50,018 nucleotides of DNA from Fibrobacter sp. (lineage in GTDB: Bacteria; Fibrobacterota; Chitinivibrionia; Chitinivibrionales; Chitinispirillaceae): positions 1-50,018 of the forward strand of contig JAAYEB010000355.1 in NCBI GenBank assembly GCA_012728995.1, written 5' to 3'. Under the pieces are notes generated by a model. The model searched no databases. It was not told where the DNA came from and saw only the letters and a list, made by a program, of their open reading frames with translations. Positions 9,346-19,921 of the stretch are shown in pieces. The position numbers were made by a program, and so were the translations under genes. Positions within the stretch are counted from its first letter, which is position 1; every line of letters starts with the position of its first letter.

Positions 9346-11339
9346 GAGATTTTTGCTCCCGTGGGTACTTTTTTTTCTGGCTGTAACAGTACAAGAGAAC
9401 CTTTTGATTCCTGAGCAGCCAAAAGCATCCCTTCCGATTTCAAACCAAACAATGTAGCAGGTTCCAGGTTTGCCACAACTGCAACCTGTTTACCGATAAG
9501 ATCCTGGGGTGAATAACTGGCAGCAATCCCGGCAATAATCTGACGTCGTTCAGAGCCAATCTGAACCTGAAGTTTCAGCAGTTTCTTCGATTTCTCGATC
9601 TTTTGAGCTTCCAGAACCGTACCGACCCGTAAATCTATCTCTTTAAAAGAATCAATATCGATCAAACCGGACTGAGGTCTGCCTTTAGATATTTCGGGAG
9701 TAAAAAGGGGATCAATATCACTTTCTTCAAGTGGTTTAACCAGTTTCTCCGTTGTACCGGGTGTAAAATTTCTTAACGAGAATTTGTAATCATCCCACTT
9801 GAATACATACCCTAACTGACGTTCTATTCTGCCGGTCAAATCTGGAGTAATCGGTTTCAAGAAAACGGCAATCGCCTTTATCAGGTTTACACATGTCACC
9901 ATTACAACAGCAGCTTTCTGTGGCTCTGCCTTTACAGATTCCCATGGACAACAATCCTGATAATATTTGTTTCCCAGACTGCCAAGGGCATGAACTTTTT
10001 CAATAACTGATTTATATTCACACTTCTGATAATAGGAGGCAATCTCAGCAGCAGCTTCTTCAACAATTGTCTCAACTGCTTCATCCCATGATGCATCCGG
10101 GATCTTTTTATCAAAATACCGGTCACAGAATACAAAGGTCCGGTGATGAAAATTTCCTATGTTATTTGCAAGAGTGGTATTTATCCTGTTCAGAAGTTCG
10201 TTTCTGTTAAGATCAATGTCACCGATATTGGGCATCAGCTTTGAACCAAAATAAAATCTGAGATACTCCGGACCCTCCGGGTGTTTAACCTTTTGAAGAA
10301 AATCTCTTGCATTGATAAACGTACCTCTTGACTTGGACATTTTTTCACCCTGAATGTTCAAAAAACCATGTACAACGATTCGTGACGGGAGATTAAAATT
10401 GGAGCTTTTAAGCATAACCGGCCAGAACAGGGCATGAAAATAGACAATATCCTTACCTATAAAGTGAATAACCTGAGTACCACTTTCATGACTCCAATAA
10501 TCCTCAATCCGTTTTCCAGATTCATTACACCATTTTTGCGTTGAGGAGATATATCCAACAGGGGCATCAAGCCAGACATAGAAGTACTTGTTCTCTTTGC
10601 CTGGGATTTTAAAACCGAAATACGGCCCGTCACGTGAAATACACCACTCCCTTAACCCGTCTTCAATCCACGACCTGACAAAATTTTTGACATCATCCTG
10701 CAGAACACCTGTATCGATGAACTCTCTCAGGAATTTTTCGCACTTGTCTAGTTTGACATACAAATTTGTCGATTTTTTCAGTACAGGCTTGTTTCCACAT
10801 ATAAAACACTGCGGATCTATCAGATCTGTAGGCTCATATGTCGAGCCACACATTTCACACACATCACCATACTGCCCTTGTGCTTTACAATTTGGACAAA
10901 TACCTGTTATGAACCGGTCCGGAAGAAAACGTTTATCGTTTTCACAATAATACTGATCGATTTCCCGTTCGATTATAAGATCATTTTTTATCAGATTCGA
11001 ATAGATCAATTCTGCATAAGAGCGGTTTTCTTCAGAATTGGTTGAATAATAGATATCGAAACTGATATTGAAACCCGCATAATCCCTGATATGCTCCTTT
11101 CGAGCTGAATCAATGAGTTTTTCAGGAGTAATACCCTGATTTAATGCAGACAATTCAATGGGAGTTCCATGTGTATCATCAGCACACACAAAAACAACAT
11201 CGTTTCCGCGTAATTTCTGATATCGGACAAAAATGTCGGTCTGAACCGCTTCCAGTAAATGTCCAAGATGAATATTTCCATTTGCATATGGTAATGCACA
11301 GGTAACCAGAAACCGTTTACCATCAGGTGACATCTTCAA
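9342..11339 (-). CDS. metG: Methionyl-tRNA synthetase with C-terminal tRNA-binding (EMAP/Trbp111-like) domain
   Basis: Class I 'HLGH' motif (ANGNIHLGHLLE), 'KMSKS' motif (GEKMSKSRGT), Zn knuckle 'CPNC...CEMCG', and a C-terminal 'DLRVGTVLEAQKIEKSKKLLKLQVQIG' tRNA-binding domain. Confidence 0.9.
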   Translation of the reverse strand: MKMSPDGKRFLVTCALPYANGNIHLGHLLEAVQTDIFVRYQKLRGNDVVFVCADDTHGTPIELSALNQGITPEKLIDSARKEHIRDYAGFNISFDIYYSTNSEENRSYAELIYSNLIKNDLIIEREIDQYYCENDKRFLPDRFITGICPNCKAQGQYGDVCEMCGSTYEPTDLIDPQCFICGNKPVLKKSTNLYVKLDKCEKFLREFIDTGVLQDDVKNFVRSWIEDGLREWCISRDGPYFGFKIPGKENKYFYVWLDAPVGYISSTQKWCNESGKRIEDYWSHESGTQVIHFIGKDIVYFHALFWPVMLKSSNFNLPSRIVVHGFLNIQGEKMSKSRGTFINARDFLQKVKHPEGPEYLRFYFGSKLMPNIGDIDLNRNELLNRINTTLANNIGNFHHRTFVFCDRYFDKKIPDASWDEAVETIVEEAAAEIASYYQKCEYKSVIEKVHALGSLGNKYYQDCCPWESVKAEPQKAAVVMVTCVNLIKAIAVFLKPITPDLTGRIERQLGYVFKWDDYKFSLRNFTPGTTEKLVKPLEESDIDPLFTPEISKGRPQSGLIDIDSFKEIDLRVGTVLEAQKIEKSKKLLKLQVQIGSERRQIIAGIAASYSPQDLIGKQVAVVANLEPATLFGLKSEGMLLAAQESKGSLVLLQPEKKVPTGAKIS

Positions 11340-12147
11340 TCTTTCCTTTCTTCAACTCCTGGGGAGAAAACCACTCCTGCCCCCCATCATCATAATGAAT
11401 CAGAGCTTTATTACTAAAGATACTTATATAACTCAATGTTCCTTTTTTTCCACCGATTTCCATTCTGCTTTCGAGTGGAGGATAATCCTTAAACAACTCC
11501 TGATACATATCATTTTCGTATCGCAGACAACAGAGTAACCTCCCACAATTTCCGCTTATTTTTGAAGGATTGAGGGCCAGCTGCTGATCTTTTGCCATTT
11601 GAGTCGTAATCTGTTCGAACTCCTTGAGAAAAGCGCTACAACACAATTTTCGTCCGCAAACGCCACAACCACTTATCCGTTTTGCTTCGTCCCTGACTCC
11701 GATCTGACGAAGCTCTATTCTGGTCCTGTAAATTGAAGCCAGATCTTTTACCAGCTCCCTGAAATCCACTCTCTGCGCTGCTGTGAAATAGAATGTGATT
11801 TTACTCCCATCAAACTGAATTTCAACATCAACAAGCTTCATGTCGAGTTGATAGTCCTTTATCTTCTCTTTACATACACGATATGCACCTTTTTCTTTTT
11901 CCTTGTTTTTTTCCAGGATTTCGAGGTCACTCTGCATCGCTTTTCGTATAATACTGCGTGTTTCACCCTTACCCCGTTTAAGCCTGACCAGAGTACCAAC
12001 CAGTGAAGCTTTTCCAAGATCCTGTCCCCGTTCAGCTTCAACTACAACATACTCACCTTCATTCATCTCCAGATCGTTGCGATTGCGATAGATTGCACGC
12101 CTTTCACCTTTGAAAACCACTTCAACCAGTTTATTATTTTTTCCCAT
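11323..12147 (-). CDS. ricT: PSP1-domain protein (RicT/YaaT-like)
   Basis: N-terminal 'LVEVVFKGERRAIY...GEYVVVEAERGQDLG' and Cys-rich 'CGVCGRKLCCSAFL', 'CGRLLCC' PSP1 motifs. Conserved holB-ricT gene order. Confidence 0.7.
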   Translation of the reverse strand: MGKNNKLVEVVFKGERRAIYRNRNDLEMNEGEYVVVEAERGQDLGKASLVGTLVRLKRGKGETRSIIRKAMQSDLEILEKNKEKEKGAYRVCKEKIKDYQLDMKLVDVEIQFDGSKITFYFTAAQRVDFRELVKDLASIYRTRIELRQIGVRDEAKRISGCGVCGRKLCCSAFLKEFEQITTQMAKDQQLALNPSKISGNCGRLLCCLRYENDMYQELFKDYPPLESRMEIGGKKGTLSYISIFSNKALIHYDDGGQEWFSPQELKKGKIEDVT

Positions 12148-13252
12148 TCAGTTTCTCCATTACAGAAATAGCAAAATCAACCAAAACCAGAGAGATCGCA
12201 GCCCTGGAACGAATCCTGTTTATCGCCTGCTCACATAATCCAAGCAGTTGTTCAAGCTGATCAACACTCCTGACTTTATCCAATGCCACTTTCGGGGAGC
12301 AGATCCCCATAATATAGTTTTCAGTATCCACTATTCTGTCAAAAAATGAGTTCCTTATCAGATTCATTATCTGTATAAACATCTTCTCATAAGAACTGTA
12401 ATTATTTATCAGTGCTATCTGATCAATTTTTTTGGCAATATCAATCCAGTCATTTTTAACACATAATGCCCAGAATTCCTGTGCGACTATAGATGCCTCT
12501 TCATCCGGATTCTCCCAGAGATAGATTGACTGACCAAGCGAACCCGTATTTACCACCTCTTTCAACCTGTCATCATCAGCGGCAATACCATACCTGGAAA
12601 CAAGCTCCGAACTGATCTGCTCTGGTGAAAGACACGAAAACCTTAAAATCTGACAGCGCGAAACGATTGTAGGCAATACTGTGTGTAACCGCTGCGAAAT
12701 GAGTATCATCAATGTCCCGGCCGGCGGCTCTTCAAGTGTTTTCAACATTGCATTAGCCGATTCCTTGCTCATCATCTCAATACCATCCAGAATCGCTATA
12801 TTCCTTCCACCCTTCAGGGCACCACGATGAATTGCATGATTAACCTCCCTGACCCAGTCTACCGGGACATTTGGTATACCGCTATGCATACGAGGTAAAT
12901 AAGGTTCCCTAATCCGCTCATTCACACATTCAGAAATATATTTCCATCCCTGCTCAGTAAGTTTTGAATCGCTCCTGTGTTCCTTTTGAAGAGAAACCGG
13001 CATAATTACATGAAAATCAGGATGAGAATAGTGAAGCATCTTACGGCAGGAATCACACTCGTAACACGGTTTTACCTGTGCACTCTCACAATGGACTGCC
13101 ATTGCAAGTTCAAAAGCTGCAGCAAATTTTCCTGTTCCCATATCTCCGCAAAAAAGATATGCATGCCCCATTGTCTGATTAAAAAAAGCAGCTTCCAGAA
13201 CCTCTTTAATCCGGTTTTGCCCAACGAACTGCTTCCATCCTATTTTTTCCAT
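12134..13252 (-). CDS. holB: DNA polymerase III delta' subunit (AAA+ clamp-loader)
   Basis: 'GHAYLFCGDMGTGKFAAAFELAMAVHC' Walker-A-like/Zn-module region and a sensor region. Start is ambiguous: GTG at 13258 forms a GTGA overlap with the envC stop; ATG at 13252 is the alternative. Confidence 0.7.
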   Translation of the reverse strand: MEKIGWKQFVGQNRIKEVLEAAFFNQTMGHAYLFCGDMGTGKFAAAFELAMAVHCESAQVKPCYECDSCRKMLHYSHPDFHVIMPVSLQKEHRSDSKLTEQGWKYISECVNERIREPYLPRMHSGIPNVPVDWVREVNHAIHRGALKGGRNIAILDGIEMMSKESANAMLKTLEEPPAGTLMILISQRLHTVLPTIVSRCQILRFSCLSPEQISSELVSRYGIAADDDRLKEVVNTGSLGQSIYLWENPDEEASIVAQEFWALCVKNDWIDIAKKIDQIALINNYSSYEKMFIQIMNLIRNSFFDRIVDTENYIMGICSPKVALDKVRSVDQLEQLLGLCEQAINRIRSRAAISLVLVDFAISVMEKLNGKK

Positions 13253-13254
13253 AA

Positions 13255-14463
13255 TCACCTGCTTTCAAGCCACTTAAGAGGATCAAGCGCCTCAGCCATT
13301 TTTCTGATCTCAAAATGCAGCTTCGCTCCCCCTAAAGAACCGGTCTCTCCAACATGACCCAATACCTGCCCATACTCAACCTGCTCATCCTGGCTTACAA
13401 GTATGTCCTGAAGATGTGAATAAACAGAGATATACCCACCTGCATGATCAACAATAACAAGCTGCCCCAAACCGCGCATCCATCCTGTATGAATGACATT
13501 TCCCGGAGCAACAGATTTGACTCCCTGACCTTTTTTGGCTTCTATATCAATACCGTTACTCATAATCACAGTCTTATAAACCGGATGAACAACTTTACCA
13601 AATTTTGTAATTATACTTCCATCTACCGGCCAGGGCAGTTTTCCCTGACGTTTCTCAAAAGCGATCTCTCTTTTACGCTCAATATCTTCTCTTGCTTTTT
13701 TACGTTTTTTTTCAAGCAGTTCGATCATGGCATTCAGTTCCCGCTGTGATGCCTCCAGTTCCGCAATCATGGCAGCATAGTTCTCTTTTTGATTCCTGAT
13801 ATCCTCAAGCATCGTTTTACGCGTCTTCTGCTCGTCAATAAAGGTCTTCTGCTCCTGCTCTTTTTCATCCCTTAACAGAGAAAGGTTTTCCAGCTCATTT
13901 TGATGAAAAGTCTTTTTCTCTCCAATCTCCGTCTTGAAATTGCCAATATCCTTTATAAGATTTCTGTCATACCTGTTTAACTCTTCAAGATACCTGACCC
14001 GGTTAAGCAGATCCAACGGACTTTTCGAAGTCAGAATTATAACCAGAGGATGTGAAACACCCGACATATAAGCCTGACGCAACCGCGTTTTCATGATTTT
14101 CTGGCGACTATTGAGCTTTTGCTGCGCTATTTCCAAAGAATCCCCTAATACTTTGATTACTTCCTGAACCGAATCAATCTGTGAAGACAGCAAATCGAGA
14201 TACGTCTTAGATCCTTCAATATTTTTCTCGATCTGCTCAAGGCGGGTAAGGTAATTACCCTCTTCATTCTGAAGTTCCTTTAACCTGGATCGTCCCTTTT
14301 CCAGTTCTGTTTTTATTGAATCAAGCACACCCGACGTCTTGCGTATTTCCTGATCAAACTGTGAAATAACCTTGTCTGATTCTGCACCATATCCCGAATC
14401 AAAAAAAAGAAATAGTGCAATCAGGCAAGAAATTTTCGTACAGCACTGAGACTTCCAATCCAA
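13255..14463 (-). CDS. envC: Coiled-coil M23 (LytM-domain) murein hydrolase activator, EnvC-like
   Basis: Long coiled-coil N-terminus and a C-terminal M23 domain ('GIDIEAKKGQGVKSVAPGNV...IVDHAGGYISVYSHL...GETGSLGGAKLHFEIRK'). Start is uncertain (tentatively TTG at 14461-14463, preceded by GGGAG). The ORF track extends to a GTG at 14517, overlapping ftsX. Confidence 0.65.
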   Translation of the reverse strand: MDWKSQCCTKISCLIALFLFFDSGYGAESDKVISQFDQEIRKTSGVLDSIKTELEKGRSRLKELQNEEGNYLTRLEQIEKNIEGSKTYLDLLSSQIDSVQEVIKVLGDSLEIAQQKLNSRQKIMKTRLRQAYMSGVSHPLVIILTSKSPLDLLNRVRYLEELNRYDRNLIKDIGNFKTEIGEKKTFHQNELENLSLLRDEKEQEQKTFIDEQKTRKTMLEDIRNQKENYAAMIAELEASQRELNAMIELLEKKRKKAREDIERKREIAFEKRQGKLPWPVDGSIITKFGKVVHPVYKTVIMSNGIDIEAKKGQGVKSVAPGNVIHTGWMRGLGQLVIVDHAGGYISVYSHLQDILVSQDEQVEYGQVLGHVGETGSLGGAKLHFEIRKMAEALDPLKWLESR

Positions 14464-15275
14464 CCGAAAAACACTCCCAGAAACATGGTTACCAGTGGAA
14501 AATAATCGGGACCCCACGACAACGTAAAACCTGATAAAACCACTTTAAATATATTAAGAAAAAACACACCTATTATTCCTCCGATAAGCCCCTGAAGCAT
14601 ACCTTCGAGTAAAAACGGCATCTTGATAAAAAATGCTGTAGCACCCACCATATGCATATTCTGAACAAGCTCTTTTCGGGCATAGATTGTAAGCTTGATT
14701 GTACTGGAAATCATGAAATGAAGAACAAACATCATTATAAATGCAGCAATTCCGGCAATCAGATAAAAAAACCAGCGAAACTTTTCAACCAGCTCCATCC
14801 ACTCTCTTGAATAACGAACACTCTCAACACCACCTATCTGCTCCAGATCCCTGCAAAGTGATGACACAGCCTGAGATGACCGAAACCTTGAACCTATATA
14901 GATCTCTATTGATGCAGGCAGAGGATTGTCATCAACCGCATAAAGCATCTCGCTTCCGTAAAGTGATTCAAAACGTTCCCAGGCAGAATCCTTGTTAATG
15001 ACTTCCGCACGCTCAACCTGACTATATCCTTTTACGACTCTCATGATCTCATTCAATTCAGACGAATCCTGCGACACACCATCTTCAAGATAAACAGCTA
15101 TATCAGCCTGCTCGTCGGTTTTCTCCAGTACAGATTCAATATTCACAAACCCCAAAACCACAATACTCATAAAAAAGAGTGATGCTGCAACAGAGATTAT
15201 GGAAACAAAGGTCATCAGCTTGGCCTGATACAACCCCCTGATCGCTTCTTTAAAAAAATAGAAAATCAAACCCAT
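14421..15275 (-). CDS. ftsX: Cell-division ABC-transporter permease-like protein FtsX
   Basis: FtsX topology: N-terminal TM, large periplasmic loop, three C-terminal TMs. 'LIFYFFKEAIRGL' N-terminus. Located immediately upstream of envC. No ftsE is adjacent. Confidence 0.75.
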   Translation of the reverse strand: MGLIFYFFKEAIRGLYQAKLMTFVSIISVAASLFFMSIVVLGFVNIESVLEKTDEQADIAVYLEDGVSQDSSELNEIMRVVKGYSQVERAEVINKDSAWERFESLYGSEMLYAVDDNPLPASIEIYIGSRFRSSQAVSSLCRDLEQIGGVESVRYSREWMELVEKFRWFFYLIAGIAAFIMMFVLHFMISSTIKLTIYARKELVQNMHMVGATAFFIKMPFLLEGMLQGLIGGIIGVFFLNIFKVVLSGFTLSWGPDYFPLVTMFLGVFFGWIGSLSAVRKFLA

Positions 15276-15543
15276 GTTTTATTAATAATCCGGTTAACTT
15301 TTACACAGAATGGATCTCGAAAATCATAATCCCGAACCAAAATTATCCACGAATTTTGCCCGGATCAGAACAGTATTCAAAAAGAACCAAAAAACAAAAA
15401 TAATAAAAGCCTGACTCTTCCATTGGATAACCTTGAAACAAAAATGGGTATTTTCTTCAGCCAGATATTGACACTGGTTTAGCAATGTGTTATAATTACA
15501 TTGTACTATTAAACTATGACAATATTACACAGGAGCAGAATAA

Positions 15544-15942
15544 TTGGCCTTCAAATTCACTCTGAGCAACTCAAGCGGTGTACCCTACTATCGCCAGATA
15601 GTTAACCAGGTCATGTATGGTGTTGCAAACGATTTACTTAAACCAGGCGAACGGCTTCCTACTGTAAGACAACTTGCCGTCGACCTTCAGGTTAACCTCA
15701 ATACAATAGTAAAAGCTTACAACGAGCTGGAACTTCGGGGAGTTGTAAATACCCAACAGGGCACAGGTACATTTGTATCCGAGAACGGTTCATTGATTGA
15801 TCCTCAGGAAAAACAGAAAGCTATTGAAAGGGTTTGCTCTAAATTTCTTGATGAGATCGCATCAATGGGCTTAAGCAACGAGGAAGTCGCCACTACCTTA
15901 AAAAAAATTGTAAATGAACGGAAATCCCGTGAAAGGAGATAA
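15544..15942 (+). CDS. GntR-family transcriptional regulator, short YtrA-like subfamily
   Basis: 'PYYRQIVNQVMYGVANDLLKPGERLPTVRQLAVDLQVNLNTIVKAYNELELRGVV' winged HTH with a short C-terminal tail (132 aa). Start (TTG at 15544) is uncertain. Confidence 0.65.
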   Translation: MAFKFTLSNSSGVPYYRQIVNQVMYGVANDLLKPGERLPTVRQLAVDLQVNLNTIVKAYNELELRGVVNTQQGTGTFVSENGSLIDPQEKQKAIERVCSKFLDEIASMGLSNEEVATTLKKIVNERKSRERR

Positions 15943-15946
15943 ATCA

Positions 15947-16903
15947 ATGGCTTCAAACAATAATGAGTATCATGAAACCAAAGAGTATAACCCGGTTACA
16001 GGAGCAATCAGAAAAATCCTGTTTGCTTTTCAACGATATTTCATCAACATCCTGTTTCTGGTTGCTGCAATTTTCCTTATTATATACTCACGCAGCACCG
16101 AAACGACACAGGCAATAATATCAATAGTTGCAGCAGTGATCCTGATTTCGGGAGTACTTTCATTACGAATTGCTTTTGAATGGGAAAGAGTACCGATTCT
16201 TCGATTCGGAAAATTCAGGAAAACCAGAGGTCCGGGCCTGTTTTTTATTATTCCCTTTGTAGATATTCCCTGCGGATATGTGGATTGCCGGATAACGGTA
16301 ACCGATTTTCCAGCAGAAAAGGTCCTTACCAAAGATGCAGTTCCAATATATGTTGATGCAATCATTTTCTGGATGATATGGGATGCTGCGAAAGCCAAAC
16401 TTGAAGTTGAGAATTATCTTCTTGCAGTACCACTGAGCGCCAAAACTGCTCTCAGGGACATAATAGGCAAAACCACACTCTCCACTCTTCTTACAGACCG
16501 TGAAGCGATCGGGCAGGAATTACAAAAGATCCTCGATTCCAAAACCAATCCCTGGGGTATTACTGCTTTGTCTGTTGAGTTAAAGGATATTGCAGTACCA
16601 CAGAAACTGGAGGAAGCGATAAGCAGGGAAGCTCAGGCTGAAAGAGAGAAAAACGCAAGAGTTATTCTTGGTTCTGCGGAGATCGAACTCTCTAAAAAAT
16701 ACTCTGAAGCAGCGCAAAATTATAAAGGTAATGAAGAAGCTCTGACATTGAGATCGTTGAACCTTCTTCTTGAAACAGTAAACAGCAAAGGTTCAATGAT
16801 TCTTGTGCCCTCAGAAGTTCCTCACCTGATGAACAAGGCACTTTCTGTTGCAATGGCCAAGAAAACAGGTTCACTGAATACTACAGATCAGGAAATGAAA
16901 TAA
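15947..16903 (+). CDS. Stomatin-like SPFH/band-7 membrane protein
   Basis: 'ILRFGKFRKTRGPGLFFIIPFVD...KDAVPIYVDAIIFW...ALRDIIGKTTLSTLLTDREAIG' stomatin core. AGGAG RBS before the ATG at 15947. The stop of the GntR gene is 4 nt upstream. Confidence 0.75.
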   Translation: MASNNNEYHETKEYNPVTGAIRKILFAFQRYFINILFLVAAIFLIIYSRSTETTQAIISIVAAVILISGVLSLRIAFEWERVPILRFGKFRKTRGPGLFFIIPFVDIPCGYVDCRITVTDFPAEKVLTKDAVPIYVDAIIFWMIWDAAKAKLEVENYLLAVPLSAKTALRDIIGKTTLSTLLTDREAIGQELQKILDSKTNPWGITALSVELKDIAVPQKLEEAISREAQAEREKNARVILGSAEIELSKKYSEAAQNYKGNEEALTLRSLNLLLETVNSKGSMILVPSEVPHLMNKALSVAMAKKTGSLNTTDQEMK

Positions 16904-16930
16904 ACCAAATACCTGTAATTGGAGGTATAA

Positions 16931-19921
16931 ATGAGAATCAGGGAAAAGTTTTTCAAAACAGTCGCATCCATGGTAACAAGACACCCGGGTAAAATTCTTC
17001 TTGGATGTGCATTTATAACAGTTGCAATGCTCATAATGTCGAGCAGACTTGGAATAAAAACGCAGTTTGCCGCAATGCTGCCCGAAGAAATTCCTCAAAT
17101 TCAGGAGTATATGGACATTATTGACGATTACTCTTCGGATGCAACTGTCATGATAACCCTGGAAAGTCATGATAAGGATCTGAAGCTTATGCATGAAGCT
17201 GCTGAGGAGCTTGCTTCACGTCTGCAGAATGTACCACTCCAGAAGCCTTCCGAGGGAGTCAAGTTGTCTTTAGGACAGAAAATTGCACTTATGCAGGGTA
17301 AATTTCCGGATGACATTGATTACGATACCCTGAACCTTGTCAGGCGAATTGATTATAAACTGGATAATGATTTCATGTCTGAACATGGCTTGATTATTCA
17401 GAAACCCAAAGATCTTGAAAACACTCTTGAGATGTTTGGCTCACTTGAACTTGCCCAGCTTATTGAAAATATCAATAATAATTTTGAAAAAGAGTTTATA
17501 GAAGATTCCGACAATCTGACAACCATTGATGGAGAGGGGCAGGCAACCCAGGGACTTGAGGGTATCAGAAAGTTTATCCGGAGTATAGGATTATATCTTG
17601 ACAATGGTGATTCCACCGCAGCAGCCGAAGCGATTGCAGAGTTTATTTCCGGACCTCAGTACATGATATCATCAGACAACACCATGCTTCTGATCATGGT
17701 GCAACCATCAGTGAGCTATAATGAGTTTGAAGATTTAATGTATCTTGGTAATCGTATCGACGATACCCTTGAAGCAGTTAAAGAAATGTATCCCGGTCTT
17801 GAAATCGGACGTACGGGAATGATGATGATGCAGATTGATGAAAACAATGCGCTTGCAAATGATTTCAGCTGGCCTACCGTTATTGCTATCGGTATCATTC
17901 TTGTGTTGCTTATCGGATCTTTTGGAAGCTGGAAAAATCCATTTTTTAGTGTATTTACCCTGGCGATCGGATTGATATGGACTGCAGGTATTCTGGGAAT
18001 TGTTTTCCAGTACCTGAACATGATGTCTGCCGGGTTTGCTATCATCCTTATCGGTTTAGGAATAGATTTCGGCATTCATTTCATATCCGGTTTTCGTGAT
18101 GGGCAGGAACACGGGAAATCGATTATAGATTCTATTTATTATATGTATAACCGTGTCGGTCCGGGAGTCATTACCGGAGCATTTACGACTGCCATTGTGT
18201 TTTTCAGTCTTCCTTTAACAAAATTTGAAGCTTATTCACAGATGGGTTATGTTACCGGTATCGGTATCCTTACCATGCTGATCATTCAGATGATAATGCT
18301 TCCGGCTCTTATGGTTTGGGACAATAAAGGATATTCAGTTTCAGGCAATATTCTTCACAAACTCAAACTGGGTTTTTTGGTAAATATCTGGAACTGGTCG
18401 GGAAAACATATTGATGCTTTTTTCAGGTTACCTGTGTTTAAATGGATCAGCAGACCGCTTCAGTTCGGTTTTCTTTCTTCATCGGCAAAGTTTACAAGAA
18501 ATACACCGGTTGCAGTTTCCATAATTGTATTATCAGCAATTCTTGCTGTGCTTTCACTAAAAGCCGCATCAAATATGGAATGGGAATACGATCTTATGAA
18601 ACTTGGGCCTGGAGATACCCCAAGTATAATCACACAAAACAAGATTCTCGACAAGTTTGAGATGTCGCCCGATTTTGCAATGGTAAAGGCAGGGGATCTT
18701 GATGAATGCCGCACTCTTGTTGAGGAATTTAAAAAAGTCGGAAACCGCACAGATCTGATAAGTTCCGTAGATGCAGTTACAGAGTTTATACCGGAAAAAT
18801 CGGATCAGCTCAAAAACAAAAAACAGATAATTGCATTCAGGGAAAAACTGAATGGCATGGGCATTTCCGATTCCATGGCAGAAAATGATTTTGACAAATT
18901 AAGACAGGAGTTTATACGTCTTCACCAGAACATAGTAGAGATAGGCGAACTCTCGATTATGTCCAGCGGTGAAAAAAACAAGATAATTCAGAAATGTGAC
19001 CAGATAGTGGGTAAAACCGATGAGGACAGCTACATATTGGCACTTGAAAACAAATTAAGCTCTTTTGAAAATGACCTTCCGGTTATCAGTAATTATCAGA
19101 AAATTGCGGGAAACATTCTCAGGGATCGCCTTAAAAAGATGACAAACACAGAAATTGTTACGCTTGAGAATCTTCCTGAAGATATCCGTAACCGCTATGT
19201 AAACAAGAAAAATAATGATCTGCTTATCAGTGTTTTCCCCAAGGGATACATATGGGAAGAGAAAAGTCTTATCACTTTTAACGAACAGACCGAAAGAGTT
19301 TCGGGACGAACAACCGGTATGCCGGTAATTACGCAATTGCTGCTGGATCTTATGGCAATAAAGGGAAAAGAGGCTATGATCATCGGTGCTATTGCCATTT
19401 TACTATTCCTTCTTCTTGATTTCAGATCCTTTAAATATACCTTTCTGGCTGCAATACCACTTGCAGTAGGAGCATCATGGATGATGGGTCTGGTTGCTGC
19501 AACAGGAATGAAAATGAGTCTTATGAATTTTGTAGCCCTGCCTTTAATAATAGGAATAGGGATTGATTACGGCGTACATGTTCTTCACCGATATCGCACC
19601 GAGGGACGCGGGTCATTACCGCTTGTAATGAAATTTACAGGGCGCGCTATCCTGCTTACATCACTTACAACAATGATCGGTTTCGGATCGATGAGCCTTG
19701 CATCACATACCGGTATCGCAATATTTGGTTTCACACTTTTTTGCGGCGTGGGAGCATGCTTTATAAGCAGTGCTTATGTGCTTCCTGCAATCCTGAGCCT
19801 GATGGAAAAACTGACGGGAAAGAATCGCAGGTCAAAAAAAAGTCTACAATCGTCAAAATCAGATAATGTTAAAACAGATACAGATGAAAACAATCAGTTA
19901 AAGGAGGAAACCTGTGCTTAA
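16931..19921 (+). CDS. RND-superfamily MMPL-type exporter (HpnN/MMPL-like, two 6-TM bundles)
   Basis: Two MMPL/sterol-sensing-like TM blocks ('IGIILVLLIGSFGSWKNPFFSVFTLAIGLIWTAGILG', 'LPLIIGIGIDYGVHVLHRY') separated by large periplasmic domains. GGAGG RBS. Confidence 0.8.
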   Translation: MRIREKFFKTVASMVTRHPGKILLGCAFITVAMLIMSSRLGIKTQFAAMLPEEIPQIQEYMDIIDDYSSDATVMITLESHDKDLKLMHEAAEELASRLQNVPLQKPSEGVKLSLGQKIALMQGKFPDDIDYDTLNLVRRIDYKLDNDFMSEHGLIIQKPKDLENTLEMFGSLELAQLIENINNNFEKEFIEDSDNLTTIDGEGQATQGLEGIRKFIRSIGLYLDNGDSTAAAEAIAEFISGPQYMISSDNTMLLIMVQPSVSYNEFEDLMYLGNRIDDTLEAVKEMYPGLEIGRTGMMMMQIDENNALANDFSWPTVIAIGIILVLLIGSFGSWKNPFFSVFTLAIGLIWTAGILGIVFQYLNMMSAGFAIILIGLGIDFGIHFISGFRDGQEHGKSIIDSIYYMYNRVGPGVITGAFTTAIVFFSLPLTKFEAYSQMGYVTGIGILTMLIIQMIMLPALMVWDNKGYSVSGNILHKLKLGFLVNIWNWSGKHIDAFFRLPVFKWISRPLQFGFLSSSAKFTRNTPVAVSIIVLSAILAVLSLKAASNMEWEYDLMKLGPGDTPSIITQNKILDKFEMSPDFAMVKAGDLDECRTLVEEFKKVGNRTDLISSVDAVTEFIPEKSDQLKNKKQIIAFREKLNGMGISDSMAENDFDKLRQEFIRLHQNIVEIGELSIMSSGEKNKIIQKCDQIVGKTDEDSYILALENKLSSFENDLPVISNYQKIAGNILRDRLKKMTNTEIVTLENLPEDIRNRYVNKKNNDLLISVFPKGYIWEEKSLITFNEQTERVSGRTTGMPVITQLLLDLMAIKGKEAMIIGAIAILLFLLLDFRSFKYTFLAAIPLAVGASWMMGLVAATGMKMSLMNFVALPLIIGIGIDYGVHVLHRYRTEGRGSLPLVMKFTGRAILLTSLTTMIGFGSMSLASHTGIAIFGFTLFCGVGACFISSAYVLPAILSLMEKLTGKNRRSKKSLQSSKSDNVKTDTDENNQLKEETCA

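Noticed and set aside
12977-13357. 126-aa (+) ORF and many other 60-120 aa ORFs antisense to holB, envC, metG, recJ, argH, MMPL, the α2-macroglobulin-like lipoprotein gene and the Calx-beta gene
   Set aside because: They lie entirely within, and antisense to, strongly supported CDSs, and have no independent motif or RBS support.
14463-14517. Upstream GTG-initiated extension of envC as listed in the ORF track
   Set aside because: It would overlap ~95 nt of ftsX, and the extra N-terminal residues precede the signal-peptide-like segment. An internal TTG with a GGGAG RBS is more plausible, though still uncertain.
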